Origin: Candidatus Fermentibacteraceae bacterium
GTDB taxonomy: Bacteria; Fermentibacterota; Fermentibacteria; Fermentibacterales; JCC-6
NCBI GenBank assembly: GCA_041686025.1
Contig: JAWLEP010000017.1
Span: 1-30,420 of the forward strand
DNA length: 30,420 nucleotides
Reading direction: 5' to 3'
Within the stretch, counting starts at the first letter, position 1. The number at the start of each line of letters is the position of its first letter. A model generated the notes under the pieces. It did no database searches, had not been told where the DNA came from, and saw only the letters and a program-made list of their open reading frames with translations. Below are positions 1 through 9,127 of this stretch, one piece after another. The position numbers and the translations under genes were made by a program.

Positions 1-123
1 CAGCCGCCGCCGGGTGCGGGCGGAGCTGCGCCGCAGCAAGTCCCGGCCACTTCCCGGGAACAGCAAGATTCAATATTCTGAAGTAAAGTGCCGCCATTAG
101 TGCCCATGGAAGGAGCGATCATA

Positions 124-750
124 ATGAAAGCACTCAGCACGGCAATTTCTGTACTGCTCATGGCTGCCGTGGGCTTTGCTGCCGCTGACAGCGCAAGGCT
201 TCCGGAGCCGGTGGGCACAGTCCCCTCGGACGACGACCTGACCTACTTCGACGGCACCGCCTGGTGGCTGTCCTGGGACGGTCTCTACCGCGGCACTTGG
301 TTCAACACCGCCGACTTCTATGGCTATTCGTACTATATCTCGGTGGAGGAGAGCGAGATGTGGTTCTACCACCACTCCTCCTACCCCTGGGATACATCCG
401 ACGTCTACTTCGAGGTTTACAAAGGCAATCAGATGGCTCCCAATGAACTGCTCGAGCAGAGAGAGACGACTGCAACACACTACAGCGCCGTGGTAGTTGA
501 CCACGGCTCGCTCTATGTAGAGGACAACTTTTGGCTCATGGCCAACACCGAGTTCTCCAGCGGAGGATGGCCATCGCTGCTGGGTGACAATAGCCCCAAC
601 GAAGTCGATCACTCCTTCTTCTCCGACGATTTCAGCGAGTGGGAGCCTTGGGTACTGCAGGGCCCTACCGCGAATGACTACTGGATAATGGCTACAATTG
701 GATGGAGCCTGGAGAGTGAGACCTGGGGGTCGATCAAGGCGCTCTACTAG
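124..750 (+). CDS. Secreted hypothetical protein with C-terminal TWGSIKALY motif
   Basis: AAGGAG SD upstream of ATG 124; signal-peptide-like MKALSTAISVLLMAAVGFAAA; aromatic/acidic-rich body; ends SLESETWGSIKALY*; GC visibly lower than the neighbouring genes. Confidence 0.8.
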   Translation: MKALSTAISVLLMAAVGFAAADSARLPEPVGTVPSDDDLTYFDGTAWWLSWDGLYRGTWFNTADFYGYSYYISVEESEMWFYHHSSYPWDTSDVYFEVYKGNQMAPNELLEQRETTATHYSAVVVDHGSLYVEDNFWLMANTEFSSGGWPSLLGDNSPNEVDHSFFSDDFSEWEPWVLQGPTANDYWIMATIGWSLESETWGSIKALY

Positions 751-830
751 CCACTGCGGGAGTTGACTTGCCGCCGGCCGCGGGTTAGGCATAGCCCTTC
801 CAGAGCAGGCATATAAGGTAGGGGGGTGCG

Positions 831-2546
831 TTGAGCGTAACGGTGGCCAGGACCGCTGGATTCTGCTGGGGCGTCCGCCGGGCGGTGGACCTCGTTCTTG
901 CCGAGATCAAGCGGGGCCGGGGGCCGTACATGGTCTACGGCCAGCTGGTGCACAACCCCCAGGTAATCGAGGCGCTTGCCGAGCGAGGAGTGGGCGTCTG
1001 CGACGATCCATGCTGCTTGGATGGCGGCACCCTCTTCCTGCGCACCCACGGGGTTACACTGGACGAGAAGGAGAGCCTGGAGGAGCTGCCGGTCCGGCTG
1101 CGCGACCTGATCTGCCCCAAGGTGAAGCGGGCCCTGGAGCTGGCCCGCAGGATGGCCGGCCGCGGCTACGACCTGGTCATACTGGGGGACGAGGGTCACC
1201 AGGAGGTGCGGGCCATCCGCTCCTACGCCGGCGACGGGTCGCACGTGATATCCGGCCCCGAGGACGTGGACCGCCTGCCCGAGCTGGAGAGGCCCTTCCT
1301 GCTGTCGCAGACCACCCAGGACACCGCGGCCTGGGAGCGGTCCCTGGTCCGGCTGCAGGAGCGGTTCGGGGAGGTGGAGCACGCCAACACCATATGCGGG
1401 TCGACCCGCCAGAGGCAGCAGGAGCTGCGCCAGCTGTGCCGCAGCGTGGACTGCGTGGTGGTGGTGGGAGGTCGCAACAGCGCAAACACCCGCAGGCTGG
1501 CCGCCATCGCCTCCGAGGAGGGCCTGCCGGTCTTTCACGTGGAGACCGCCGCGGAGCTGGACGAGGAGGGCCTCTCCGACTGCGAGGACGTCCTGCTCAC
1601 CGCCGGGGCCTCCACCCCCAGCTGGAGCATACGCAAGGTGCGGGAGCGCCTGCACGAGATACAGGGCCTCAGCGCCAGGACGGGGTTCGCCCGCAGGCTG
1701 GTCCGGGATCTGGTTTTCAGCAGCGCCCACGTGCCTCCCGCGGCGGTGCTCATCGGCCTGGCCGGCTGGAGGCTGCTCGACGGCGGCAGCTGGCTGCTGC
1801 CGGTGCTCTCCTCCAGCCTGGTTCTCTTCGCCATGCACCTGATGAACTCCATACTGGAGACCGGTGTATGCACGGCGGCCTGCCACCGCAGGCAGGAGTA
1901 CATCGCCGCCCACCGGCGCGCCCATGTGACAGTCGCGGTCTCCTCGCTGGCCGGGGCGCTGCTGCTGGCGGCCATGGCGGGCGTCATCTGGGTGGGGGCG
2001 GTTGCCGTGTCGCTGGTGGGCTTCCTGCTGTACTCCCTGCCGCTGGTGGGGGGGACGCTTCCGGTGGGAGGCCTCCGGGCCCTGCCCGGGGCCAGGGACG
2101 TCCTTTTCGCCCTGGCCTGGTCGATACTCCTGGGACTGCTGCCGGGGCTGGCGGCCGCCGGCGGAGACCTGGGACCGGTGCTGCTGTGGTCGGGGGCGCT
2201 GTTCTGGCTCTTCCTGGGCAGATCGGTGCTGGTGGACCTGGTGGACCTTCAGGGGGACGCCCTGATGGGGCTGGACACCATCCCCCTGAAGCTGGGGGAG
2301 GCCTGGAGCGTTCGGCTGCTGATGGGAAGCGCGGGGCTGTCGGCGGCGGCGGTTGCCGCCGGGGCGGCGGCGGGCTATCTCCCCGTGAGGGCCCTGGGAT
2401 TTCTGGTGGCCCCCTGCTGGGTGATCGCCGGGTACTTCGCCATGCGCCGGTCGGCCTTTCCCTCCGAGCTGGGCAGCCGCTTCGCGACAGACGGCTCTCT
2501 CTTCGCGGCCGGAATGGCAACCCTGGCCGCCTCACTGATTCCCTAG
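831..2546 (+). CDS. ispH: IspH (HMBPP reductase) fused to a C-terminal UbiA prenyltransferase-like membrane domain
   Basis: IspH motifs GFCWGVRRA, HN, RTHG, ICPKV, GHQEV, SQTT, NTIC, GGRNSANT, TAGASTP, including the three Fe-S Cys; C-terminal ~290 aa has many TM helices and DLVDLQGD...GLDTIP (UbiA second Asp-rich motif); TTG start after a G-rich SD. Confidence 0.92.
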   Translation: MSVTVARTAGFCWGVRRAVDLVLAEIKRGRGPYMVYGQLVHNPQVIEALAERGVGVCDDPCCLDGGTLFLRTHGVTLDEKESLEELPVRLRDLICPKVKRALELARRMAGRGYDLVILGDEGHQEVRAIRSYAGDGSHVISGPEDVDRLPELERPFLLSQTTQDTAAWERSLVRLQERFGEVEHANTICGSTRQRQQELRQLCRSVDCVVVVGGRNSANTRRLAAIASEEGLPVFHVETAAELDEEGLSDCEDVLLTAGASTPSWSIRKVRERLHEIQGLSARTGFARRLVRDLVFSSAHVPPAAVLIGLAGWRLLDGGSWLLPVLSSSLVLFAMHLMNSILETGVCTAACHRRQEYIAAHRRAHVTVAVSSLAGALLLAAMAGVIWVGAVAVSLVGFLLYSLPLVGGTLPVGGLRALPGARDVLFALAWSILLGLLPGLAAAGGDLGPVLLWSGALFWLFLGRSVLVDLVDLQGDALMGLDTIPLKLGEAWSVRLLMGSAGLSAAAVAAGAAAGYLPVRALGFLVAPCWVIAGYFAMRRSAFPSELGSRFATDGSLFAAGMATLAASLIP

Positions 2547-2555
2547 GAGGACGCA

Positions 2556-2897
2556 TTGCTCTGCAGACGCCCGATGGCTGCCGCGACGATTGCCCTGGCC
2601 CTGATGGCGGCGGCGGGATGCTCCACCGGCAGTACCGTGCAGCAGGAGACGCAGCCGGACTCCACCGCCACCCGGGAGACCGATTCTCCCTGGGAGCGGG
2701 TGGTGGTCAGCGGCAGCGTGGTGAACCTCCGTGCCGGCCCCGGCACCGGCTACGCGGTGCTTGGGCAGGTCGGCAGGGGGGATACCCTGGACGTGATGGG
2801 CGTCTCCCGGGACTGGCTGAAGGTATACCACGCCCGGCAGTCTCTTTTCGCCTGGATATACGAGCCGCTGACGGAGAGCCTGGGGCTGCCGGAGTAG
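2556..2897 (+). CDS. SH3b-domain lipoprotein
   Basis: AGGAGG 5 nt before TTG; lipobox AAGC; VNLRAGPGTGYAVLGQV...DWLKV...AWIY bacterial SH3 pattern. Confidence 0.85.
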   Translation: MLCRRPMAAATIALALMAAAGCSTGSTVQQETQPDSTATRETDSPWERVVVSGSVVNLRAGPGTGYAVLGQVGRGDTLDVMGVSRDWLKVYHARQSLFAWIYEPLTESLGLPE

Positions 2898-2905
2898 GAG
2901 CATCG

Positions 2906-2934
2906 TTGCAGTATACGGAAGTTGGGGGTATCCT
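2906..2934 (+). promoter_or_regulatory. Putative sigma70 promoter for the purB operon
   Basis: TTGCAG (2906-2911), 17 nt, TATCCT (2929-2934), in the intergenic gap before purB; the same -10 hexamer recurs at 14295. Confidence 0.55.
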
Positions 2935-2987
2935 TTGGCTGTGAGGACGGAGGCCCCGTTTGGGCGCCTGCAGGGGAGGGAACGGGA

Positions 2988-4286
2988 GTGATCGGCCGCT
3001 ACGCCATTCCGGAGATGACCGAGATATGGTCTCGGAGGTCGCGCTTTGAGCGCTGGCTGGAGATAGAGATACTGGCCGTGGAGGCCAGGGCCCGGCAGGG
3101 CCTGGTGCCCCCCGGCGACCTGGAGCTCATTCGGAAGAACGCCTCCTTCGACATCGACAGGATCGACGAGATAGAGGCCCGGGTCCGGCACGACGTGATC
3201 GCCTTTCTCAGCAGCGTGTCGGAGAGCCTGGGGCCGGAGTCCCGGCACATACACTACGGCATGACCTCCAGCGACATACTGGACACCTGCCTGGCCACCC
3301 AGGTACGCGACGCCGGGGGCCTCATCAGGGAGGCCCTGGTGGAGTACCGGGACAGCCTGGCGGGGCTGGTGGAGCGCACCCGCGGCATCGCCTGCATGGG
3401 CAGGACCCACGGCATGTACGCCGAGCCCACCACCATGGCCCTGAAGATGGCGGGCTTCCTGGCGGAGGCCCAGAGGTGCCTGCGCAGGCTCGACGCCGGA
3501 ATGGACGAGGCCTGCCGGGGGAAGATCTCCGGCGCGGTGGGGACCTACGCCCACCTCGACCCTGCGGTGGAGGAGCATGTCTGCCATCGTCTGGGCATAC
3601 GGCCGGAGACGGTATCCACGCAGGTGGTGCCCCGGGACCGCCACGCGGCCTTCCTGTACGCCCTCTGCTCCATAGGGGGCGCCCTGGAGCGCTTTGCCAC
3701 CGAGGTGCGCCACCTGCAGAGGACGGAGGTGGGGGAGGCCGAGGAGCGCTTCGGAGGAGGCCAGAAGGGCTCCAGCGCCATGCCCCACAAGCGCAACCCC
3801 ATCGTCAGCGAGCGGCTGTGCGGAATGGCCCGGCTGCTGCGGGGGTACCTGCTGGTGGGCCTGGAGGACACGGCGCTCTGGCACGAGCGGGACATCAGCC
3901 ACTCCTCGGCGGAGAGGTTCGTCCTCCCCGACGCCTGCGGGGTGGCCCTCTACTCGCTGCGCAAGGGGGCGGAGCTGGCCGCCGGCCTGACCATCGACGA
4001 GAGGGCGGTGCGGCGCAACCTGAAGGCTGCGGGGGACCGGTTCTACTCCCAGTCGGTGATGCTGGCCCTGGTGGACACCGGCATGTCGCGCGAGGATGCG
4101 TATGCCCTGGTGCAGAGGCTGTCCATGGAGGCCATGGGCTCCGGCCGGGGTCTGCTGGAGGCCATGCTGGACAGTCCCGACCTGCTGGATGTGCTGTCCG
4201 AGGACAGAATAAGGGAGGTATGTTCCCTGCAGAGGCATCTCAGGAACGAGACAGGCATACTGCGAAGGCTGGAGGCCGATGACTGA
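2988..4286 (+). CDS. purB: Adenylosuccinate lyase
   Basis: GTG start giving MIGRY; HDVIAF, HYGMTSSD, GRTHG and signature GSSAMPHKRNP, WHERDISHSS. Confidence 0.97.
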   Translation: MIGRYAIPEMTEIWSRRSRFERWLEIEILAVEARARQGLVPPGDLELIRKNASFDIDRIDEIEARVRHDVIAFLSSVSESLGPESRHIHYGMTSSDILDTCLATQVRDAGGLIREALVEYRDSLAGLVERTRGIACMGRTHGMYAEPTTMALKMAGFLAEAQRCLRRLDAGMDEACRGKISGAVGTYAHLDPAVEEHVCHRLGIRPETVSTQVVPRDRHAAFLYALCSIGGALERFATEVRHLQRTEVGEAEERFGGGQKGSSAMPHKRNPIVSERLCGMARLLRGYLLVGLEDTALWHERDISHSSAERFVLPDACGVALYSLRKGAELAAGLTIDERAVRRNLKAAGDRFYSQSVMLALVDTGMSREDAYALVQRLSMEAMGSGRGLLEAMLDSPDLLDVLSEDRIREVCSLQRHLRNETGILRRLEADD

Positions 4287-4319
4287 CGGTACGGCCAACA
4301 ATGGGCGAGAGGTGGCAAT

Positions 4320-5489
4320 ATGTACGTTGCGATAGCCCTGGTCGTGGGAGCCGGCCTGGGCCTGCTGATCGGCATGCTGATGAAGGAGAAGAGCGTACAG
4401 GAGCAGCGCAGGAGGGCCGAGCAGCTGGGCGCCAATCTTACCGACGTGCAGCACGAGAACAGGGAGATGGGCGTTCAGATCAGGACCATGCAGAGCACCG
4501 TAAAGCGGCAGCGCGACCTGGCTGTTCTCTTTCCCGAGCTGGTCAAGCAGATCCTGTGGGCCAGGAGCCCCGACGAGTTCGCCAGGATACTGACCATGGC
4601 GGTCAACAGGCTCACCGGCTGCGAGCGCATAGCCATCTTCCTGGCCGACAAGACCGGCCAGAGGCTGGGCCTGATCTCCGTGCAGGGCCTGGAGGACAGG
4701 CTTCGCCAGCCGCTGTCGCTGAAGGTGGGCGACGGCCACATCGGTTTCGCAGCCGAGACCGGCAAGCTGATGACCAGGGAGGACTTCGAGGACCAGAGCG
4801 CCCTGGTCAAGCGCCAGCTGGAAGCCACGGCCCTGGGAGACTACATCCCCGATCTGGTAGCGCCCATGACCGGGCAGGGGGTGCTCTACGGCGTCATCTG
4901 CATGAACGACGTCCCCGCCGGTGACGCCCTGGCCAGGGAGAGGCTGCGGGCAGTATCGGCCATCGGCGCCGCCTCGCTGGAGAACATCAGGCTGCTGGAC
5001 AGGTTCGTCTCCGCCGCCGACGTGGACGGGGAGACCGGCCTGCCCACCGCCTCCACGCTGGAGGACAAGCTGGACTCCGAGCTGGAGAGGGTGCGCCGGT
5101 TCGGAAGCCCCCTCTCCATAGTGGAGCTCCGCTTTCCCAAGGCGGCCTGCAAGGATCGCTTCCTGGCCCGGGAGGTGATGCTGATGTGCGCCTCCCATCT
5201 CAAGGCCACCATGCGCAACATCGACATCGGCGTGAGGACTCGGCGGGACTCGGTGGTCCTTCTGCTTCCCGGAACCGACCGGGAGGGCCTGGAGAACGTG
5301 GTCTCCAGGCTGGGGGCCGACATGGTGGAGCTGGAGAACGAGTCCGGCGAGTGTCCGGGAGACATACTGATACGGCACTTCTACGTGGATGCCGGCTCCT
5401 CCATGGGGCCGGAGGGCGTACTGGAGTCGCTGGAATCCGTGAAGTTCTCCAGGTTCCAGGGAGTCGACGAGGAGGGTCTCGAGGCGTGA
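4320..5489 (+). CDS. Membrane-anchored coiled-coil/GAF/degenerate GGDEF protein
   Basis: N-terminal TM helix, coiled coil, GAF (GDGHIGFAAETG, LVAPM..LYGVI), GGDEF-like DGETGLP...ELERVRRFGSPLSIV; active site replaced by RRDSV, with RNID I-site retained. Confidence 0.8.
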   Translation: MYVAIALVVGAGLGLLIGMLMKEKSVQEQRRRAEQLGANLTDVQHENREMGVQIRTMQSTVKRQRDLAVLFPELVKQILWARSPDEFARILTMAVNRLTGCERIAIFLADKTGQRLGLISVQGLEDRLRQPLSLKVGDGHIGFAAETGKLMTREDFEDQSALVKRQLEATALGDYIPDLVAPMTGQGVLYGVICMNDVPAGDALARERLRAVSAIGAASLENIRLLDRFVSAADVDGETGLPTASTLEDKLDSELERVRRFGSPLSIVELRFPKAACKDRFLAREVMLMCASHLKATMRNIDIGVRTRRDSVVLLLPGTDREGLENVVSRLGADMVELENESGECPGDILIRHFYVDAGSSMGPEGVLESLESVKFSRFQGVDEEGLEA

Positions 5490-7777
5490 GCGACCGCCTG
5501 CGAGGGGAGCTGGAGGAGGAGATACGCTCCCGCGGCCTGGCCATGAGCCTGCCCGAGGCCCTGAAGCTGGCCGGCTTCGTGGGCCGCATGCCCACCCCCC
5601 TGGAGCTGCACCTGTTCGATACCATGTGGAGCGAGCACTGCTCCTACAAGAGCTCCCGTCCCGTGCTGCGGGGTCTTCCCACCGAGGGCGACGACGTGAT
5701 CATCGGCCCCGGGGAGGACGCCGGCGTGGTCCGCTTCTGCTCCCACGGCGGCCGCGACTACGTCCTGGTGGTGGCCCACGAGAGCCACAACCACCCCTCC
5801 CAGGTGCTTCCCGAGGAGGGAGCGGCCACCGGCGTGGGCGGCATAGTTAGAGACGTCTACTGCATGGGGGCCAGCGTGATCGGCGTGCTGGACGCCCTGC
5901 GGTTCGGAGACCCGCTGGGTCCCGGCGGGGCCAAGGCCCGTTCGGTGGCCCGGGGCGTGGTACAGGGCATATGGCGCTACGGCAACGCCCTGGGCGTGCC
6001 CAACCTGGGCGGGGACACCGTTTTCGACGAAGGCTACGACGAGAACTGCCTGGTGAACGTGGTGGCCCTGGGCATAGCCGACTCGGGGAGGATAGTCCAC
6101 AGCTACGCCCCGCCGGAGGCGCGGCGGGAGCCCTACGTGCTGGTGCTGGCGGGCAAGCCCACCGACGACACCGGCTTCGGGGGAGCCACCTTCGCCTCCG
6201 CCGATCTGGAGGAGGAGGCGGACAAGGGCGCCGTGCAGGTGGCCGACCCGTTCCTGAAGCGGGTGCTCACGGAGGCGAATCTGGCGGTGCAGGACCTTCT
6301 CCACTCCCGGGGGATAAGCTTCGGCTTCAAGGACCTGGGCGCCGGGGGACTGGCCTGCGTCTCCAGCGAGATGGCCGCCCACGGGGGACTGGGGATGGAG
6401 CTGGACCTGGACAGCGTGCCCGTGGCCCTGAAGGGCCTGCCGCCTGAGGTGATAGCCTGCGCCGAGACCCAGGAGCGCTACGGCCTGGCGGTCCCGGAGG
6501 CGGTGGCCGAGGACGTCCTGGGCATCTACAACCGGGACTACGAGCTGCCCAGGCTCTACCCCGGAGCCGGAGCCGCGGTGGTGGGGCGTTTCGTGCACAG
6601 TCCCGAGTACCGGGTACGGATGGAGGGGGCCGAGGTGGCGCGAGCTCCCGTCTCCTGCATAACCGAGGGCGTGGAGTACCGGCGGCCGGCGGAGCCTCCC
6701 GCCGGACCTCCGCCCCCTCCGGAGCTGCCGGAGTGCGATCCCGCCTCCCACCTGGAGCGCCTGCTGGCCTCGGTGGCGGGAGCCTCCCGGCATCCGGTGT
6801 GGAGCTACTACGACAGCGAGGTGCAGGGGGCCACCCATCTCAGGCCCGGCGAGGCCGACTCGGTGGTGGTCCGGCCGGTGCCCGGCTGCCCCGCCGGACT
6901 GGCGGTCACCGTGGACGGCAACCCCTGGATCGGCCGTCTCGACCCCCGGGCCGGGGGCGCCCATGCCGTGGGGGAGGCCGTGAGGAACCTGGTGGCCACC
7001 GGGGCCACCCCCATAGCCGTCACCGACTGCCTGAACTACGGCAACCCCGAGGACCCGGAGGTGTTCTGGCAGTTCCGGCAGGGCGTGGAGGGAATAACCG
7101 AGGCCTGCAGCCACCTGGGGCTGAAGGGAGAGGCTCCCCTGCCGGTGGTCTCGGGGAACGTGAGCTTCTACAACCAGTCCCCCGGGGGAAGGGCCATTCC
7201 CCCTTCTCCGGTGGTGGCCGCCTTCGGAAAGCTGGACAGGCTCACCGACGCGGTGGACATCTCCCTGAAGGCCCCCGGAAACCCCCTGCTGCTGGTGGGC
7301 CCGAGGCGGGAGGAGCTGGGGGGCAGCCTCTACCAGCGGGTGGTGGGAGGCGGCTGCGGGGGCGCGCCGCCTGCGTTCAGGCCCCGGCTGGAGCGGAGGA
7401 TGGCCCTGCTGGTGCTGGACCTGATAGGCACCGGGGCCGTGCTGGCCTGCCACGACGTATCCGAGGGCGGACTCCTGGTCTGCGCCGCCGAGATGGCCCT
7501 GGCGACGGGCGGCTCCACCGGTCTGGGGGCGGCGCTCCACTGGGACGGCGACCCCCTGCTGCTCTTCGCCGAGACCCCGGGGTACCTGCTGGAGCTGGAC
7601 CGGGAGAGACTGGCCGGGCTGGACCTGCCCGGGGACATCTGTTTCCGGCTGGGCGAGGTGTCCGGCCGTCCGGAGCTGTCCTGCGGAGGCTGGAGCCTGG
7701 ACCTGCGGGCCCCTGCGGAGCAGCGGGAGACGCTGCTGCACAGGGTCGTCTGGAGGGAGGAGGGCGCCGATGGCTGA
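5486..7777 (+). CDS. purL: Phosphoribosylformylglycinamidine synthase subunit PurL (small type)
   Basis: GTGA overlap with the upstream stop; MWSEHCSYKSS, ESHNHPS, GAATGVGGIVRD, DLGAGG, ETQER, DCLNYGNPE, VSGNVSFYN, HDVSEGG. Confidence 0.97.
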   Translation: MSDRLRGELEEEIRSRGLAMSLPEALKLAGFVGRMPTPLELHLFDTMWSEHCSYKSSRPVLRGLPTEGDDVIIGPGEDAGVVRFCSHGGRDYVLVVAHESHNHPSQVLPEEGAATGVGGIVRDVYCMGASVIGVLDALRFGDPLGPGGAKARSVARGVVQGIWRYGNALGVPNLGGDTVFDEGYDENCLVNVVALGIADSGRIVHSYAPPEARREPYVLVLAGKPTDDTGFGGATFASADLEEEADKGAVQVADPFLKRVLTEANLAVQDLLHSRGISFGFKDLGAGGLACVSSEMAAHGGLGMELDLDSVPVALKGLPPEVIACAETQERYGLAVPEAVAEDVLGIYNRDYELPRLYPGAGAAVVGRFVHSPEYRVRMEGAEVARAPVSCITEGVEYRRPAEPPAGPPPPPELPECDPASHLERLLASVAGASRHPVWSYYDSEVQGATHLRPGEADSVVVRPVPGCPAGLAVTVDGNPWIGRLDPRAGGAHAVGEAVRNLVATGATPIAVTDCLNYGNPEDPEVFWQFRQGVEGITEACSHLGLKGEAPLPVVSGNVSFYNQSPGGRAIPPSPVVAAFGKLDRLTDAVDISLKAPGNPLLLVGPRREELGGSLYQRVVGGGCGGAPPAFRPRLERRMALLVLDLIGTGAVLACHDVSEGGLLVCAAEMALATGGSTGLGAALHWDGDPLLLFAETPGYLLELDRERLAGLDLPGDICFRLGEVSGRPELSCGGWSLDLRAPAEQRETLLHRVVWREEGADG

Positions 7778-8588
7778 CCGGCCCAGGGTGGCGGTTCTGC
7801 AGTTCCCCGGCTCCAACTGCGAGCGGGAGACCGCGGCCGCGGCCGAGGCGGCGGGCATGGAGGCGGAGGTTGTCCGCTGGAACCTGCCCGAAAGGCTGGC
7901 GGGAGCCGACGCCTTCGTCCTTCCCGGAGGCTTCTCCTTCCAGGACAGGGTGAGGGCGGGAGCCGTGGCGGCCAAGGAGAGGATCATGGACACGGTAGCG
8001 GAGGCCGCCTCCTCCGGGACCCCGGTCCTGGGCATCTGCAACGGCGCCCAGATCCTCCTGGAGAGCGGTCTGGTTCCCGGCTGGAAGCCGGGCATGGTCC
8101 AGGCGGCCCTGGGCTCGAACATGGTCCACGGCCGCAGCGGCTACCTCAGCGCCTGGGTGCACGTGCGCCCCGACCCGCGGGCGGCGGAGGAATGCCCCTG
8201 GCTGTCCGTCCTGGAAGACGGCCCCCTGCCCCTGCCCATAGCCCATGCCGAGGGGCGCTTCCTCCTGGACCGCGAAGACCTGGAGCGGGCCGCAGGCTGC
8301 CGGGGCCTTCTCTACTGCCGCCCCGACGGCGCCGAGGCGGAGGGCTACCCGCACAACCCCAACGGGTCCTCGCTGAACATGGCCGCCATGGTGGGCAGCG
8401 GAGGCACCGCCCTGGCCATGATGCCCCATCCCGAGCGGGCGGCGTGGATGTGGCAGCTGCCCCCGGCGCTCCCCGGCGAGTGGGGCGGCCGCAGGCGGAA
8501 GCTGTCCCCGGAGGAGCTGCTCTGCTCCCCCGGCCCGGGGATGCTCTTCTTCCTGGGGCTGTCCAGATGGCTGGGGGTGGGGGGATGA
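7770..8588 (+). CDS. purQ: FGAM synthase glutaminase subunit PurQ
   Basis: FPGSNCE, LPGGFS, LGICNG (catalytic Cys), IAHAEG, NPNGS, MMPHPER. Confidence 0.96.
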   Translation: MADRPRVAVLQFPGSNCERETAAAAEAAGMEAEVVRWNLPERLAGADAFVLPGGFSFQDRVRAGAVAAKERIMDTVAEAASSGTPVLGICNGAQILLESGLVPGWKPGMVQAALGSNMVHGRSGYLSAWVHVRPDPRAAEECPWLSVLEDGPLPLPIAHAEGRFLLDREDLERAAGCRGLLYCRPDGAEAEGYPHNPNGSSLNMAAMVGSGGTALAMMPHPERAAWMWQLPPALPGEWGGRRRKLSPEELLCSPGPGMLFFLGLSRWLGVGG

Positions 8589-9127
8589 GCCGGAAGACCA
8601 CCCTCTGCACCGCCGCGGTGGAGCTGAAGGCCGTGGACCCGGAGGCGGTAACGGCCCTGCAGGCGCTGCGGGAGACCATGCCCAAGCGGGCCCCGGCCGA
8701 GCTGCGGCGGTACGTTCTGTGGCAGGTAATGCTGTCGGGTGAGGCGAGTCCGCCGGAGGCCGAGGCCATGCTCCGGCGCTACGAGGACATAGTCAACCCC
8801 AACAAGCACCGCCTCACCATGCCCGACGGCGGGGTGGAGGGGCTGGCGGGCCACCACCTGCAATGGGTCCCCGTCCGGGTGCACAACCTCGACGACACGG
8901 TCTCCGAGGGCTGGCTCTCCCTCCTGTCCGGGGCGGGTTACCCGGTGGCCGGCCTGGACGTGTCCGTTCTGTGGCTCCTGGGCTACCCCCCGCACACCTC
9001 GCCGGAGTCGGCGGTGGATATGGCGGGTGCCGTGGCGGTGACCAGGAGCCGCCGGGAGGGTCTGCTGGGCAACCCGGTGTCCCAGAGGGTAACCGTGGGG
9101 GACGCCGCCCTCCGCGGAACCCTGTGA
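8585..9127 (+). CDS. Tandem (two-domain) PurS-like protein
   Basis: ATGA overlap with purQ; 180 aa, about twice PurS length; unit 1 VELKAVDPEAVTALQAL...IVNPNKH and unit 2 ending LLGNPVSQ resemble the PurS DP and LANPV motifs; purL-purQ context. Confidence 0.7.
   Translation: MSRKTTLCTAAVELKAVDPEAVTALQALRETMPKRAPAELRRYVLWQVMLSGEASPPEAEAMLRRYEDIVNPNKHRLTMPDGGVEGLAGHHLQWVPVRVHNLDDTVSEGWLSLLSGAGYPVAGLDVSVLWLLGYPPHTSPESAVDMAGAVAVTRSRREGLLGNPVSQRVTVGDAALRGTL

Noticed and set aside
763..792. Promoter for ispH from TTGACT
   Set aside because: Good -35, but no convincing -10 at 16-18 nt spacing, so it was not called.
2935..2987. Purine, ZTP or PRPP riboswitch ahead of purB
   Set aside because: The leader is only ~50 nt after the predicted promoter and lacks the conserved motifs (it has CGCCTGCA rather than CGCCTGGG).
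6684..6730. Pro-rich stretch PAEPPAGPPPPPELP in PurL as an insertion or regulatory element
   Set aside because: It falls in the variable linker between the two PurM-like halves and is explained by GC bias.
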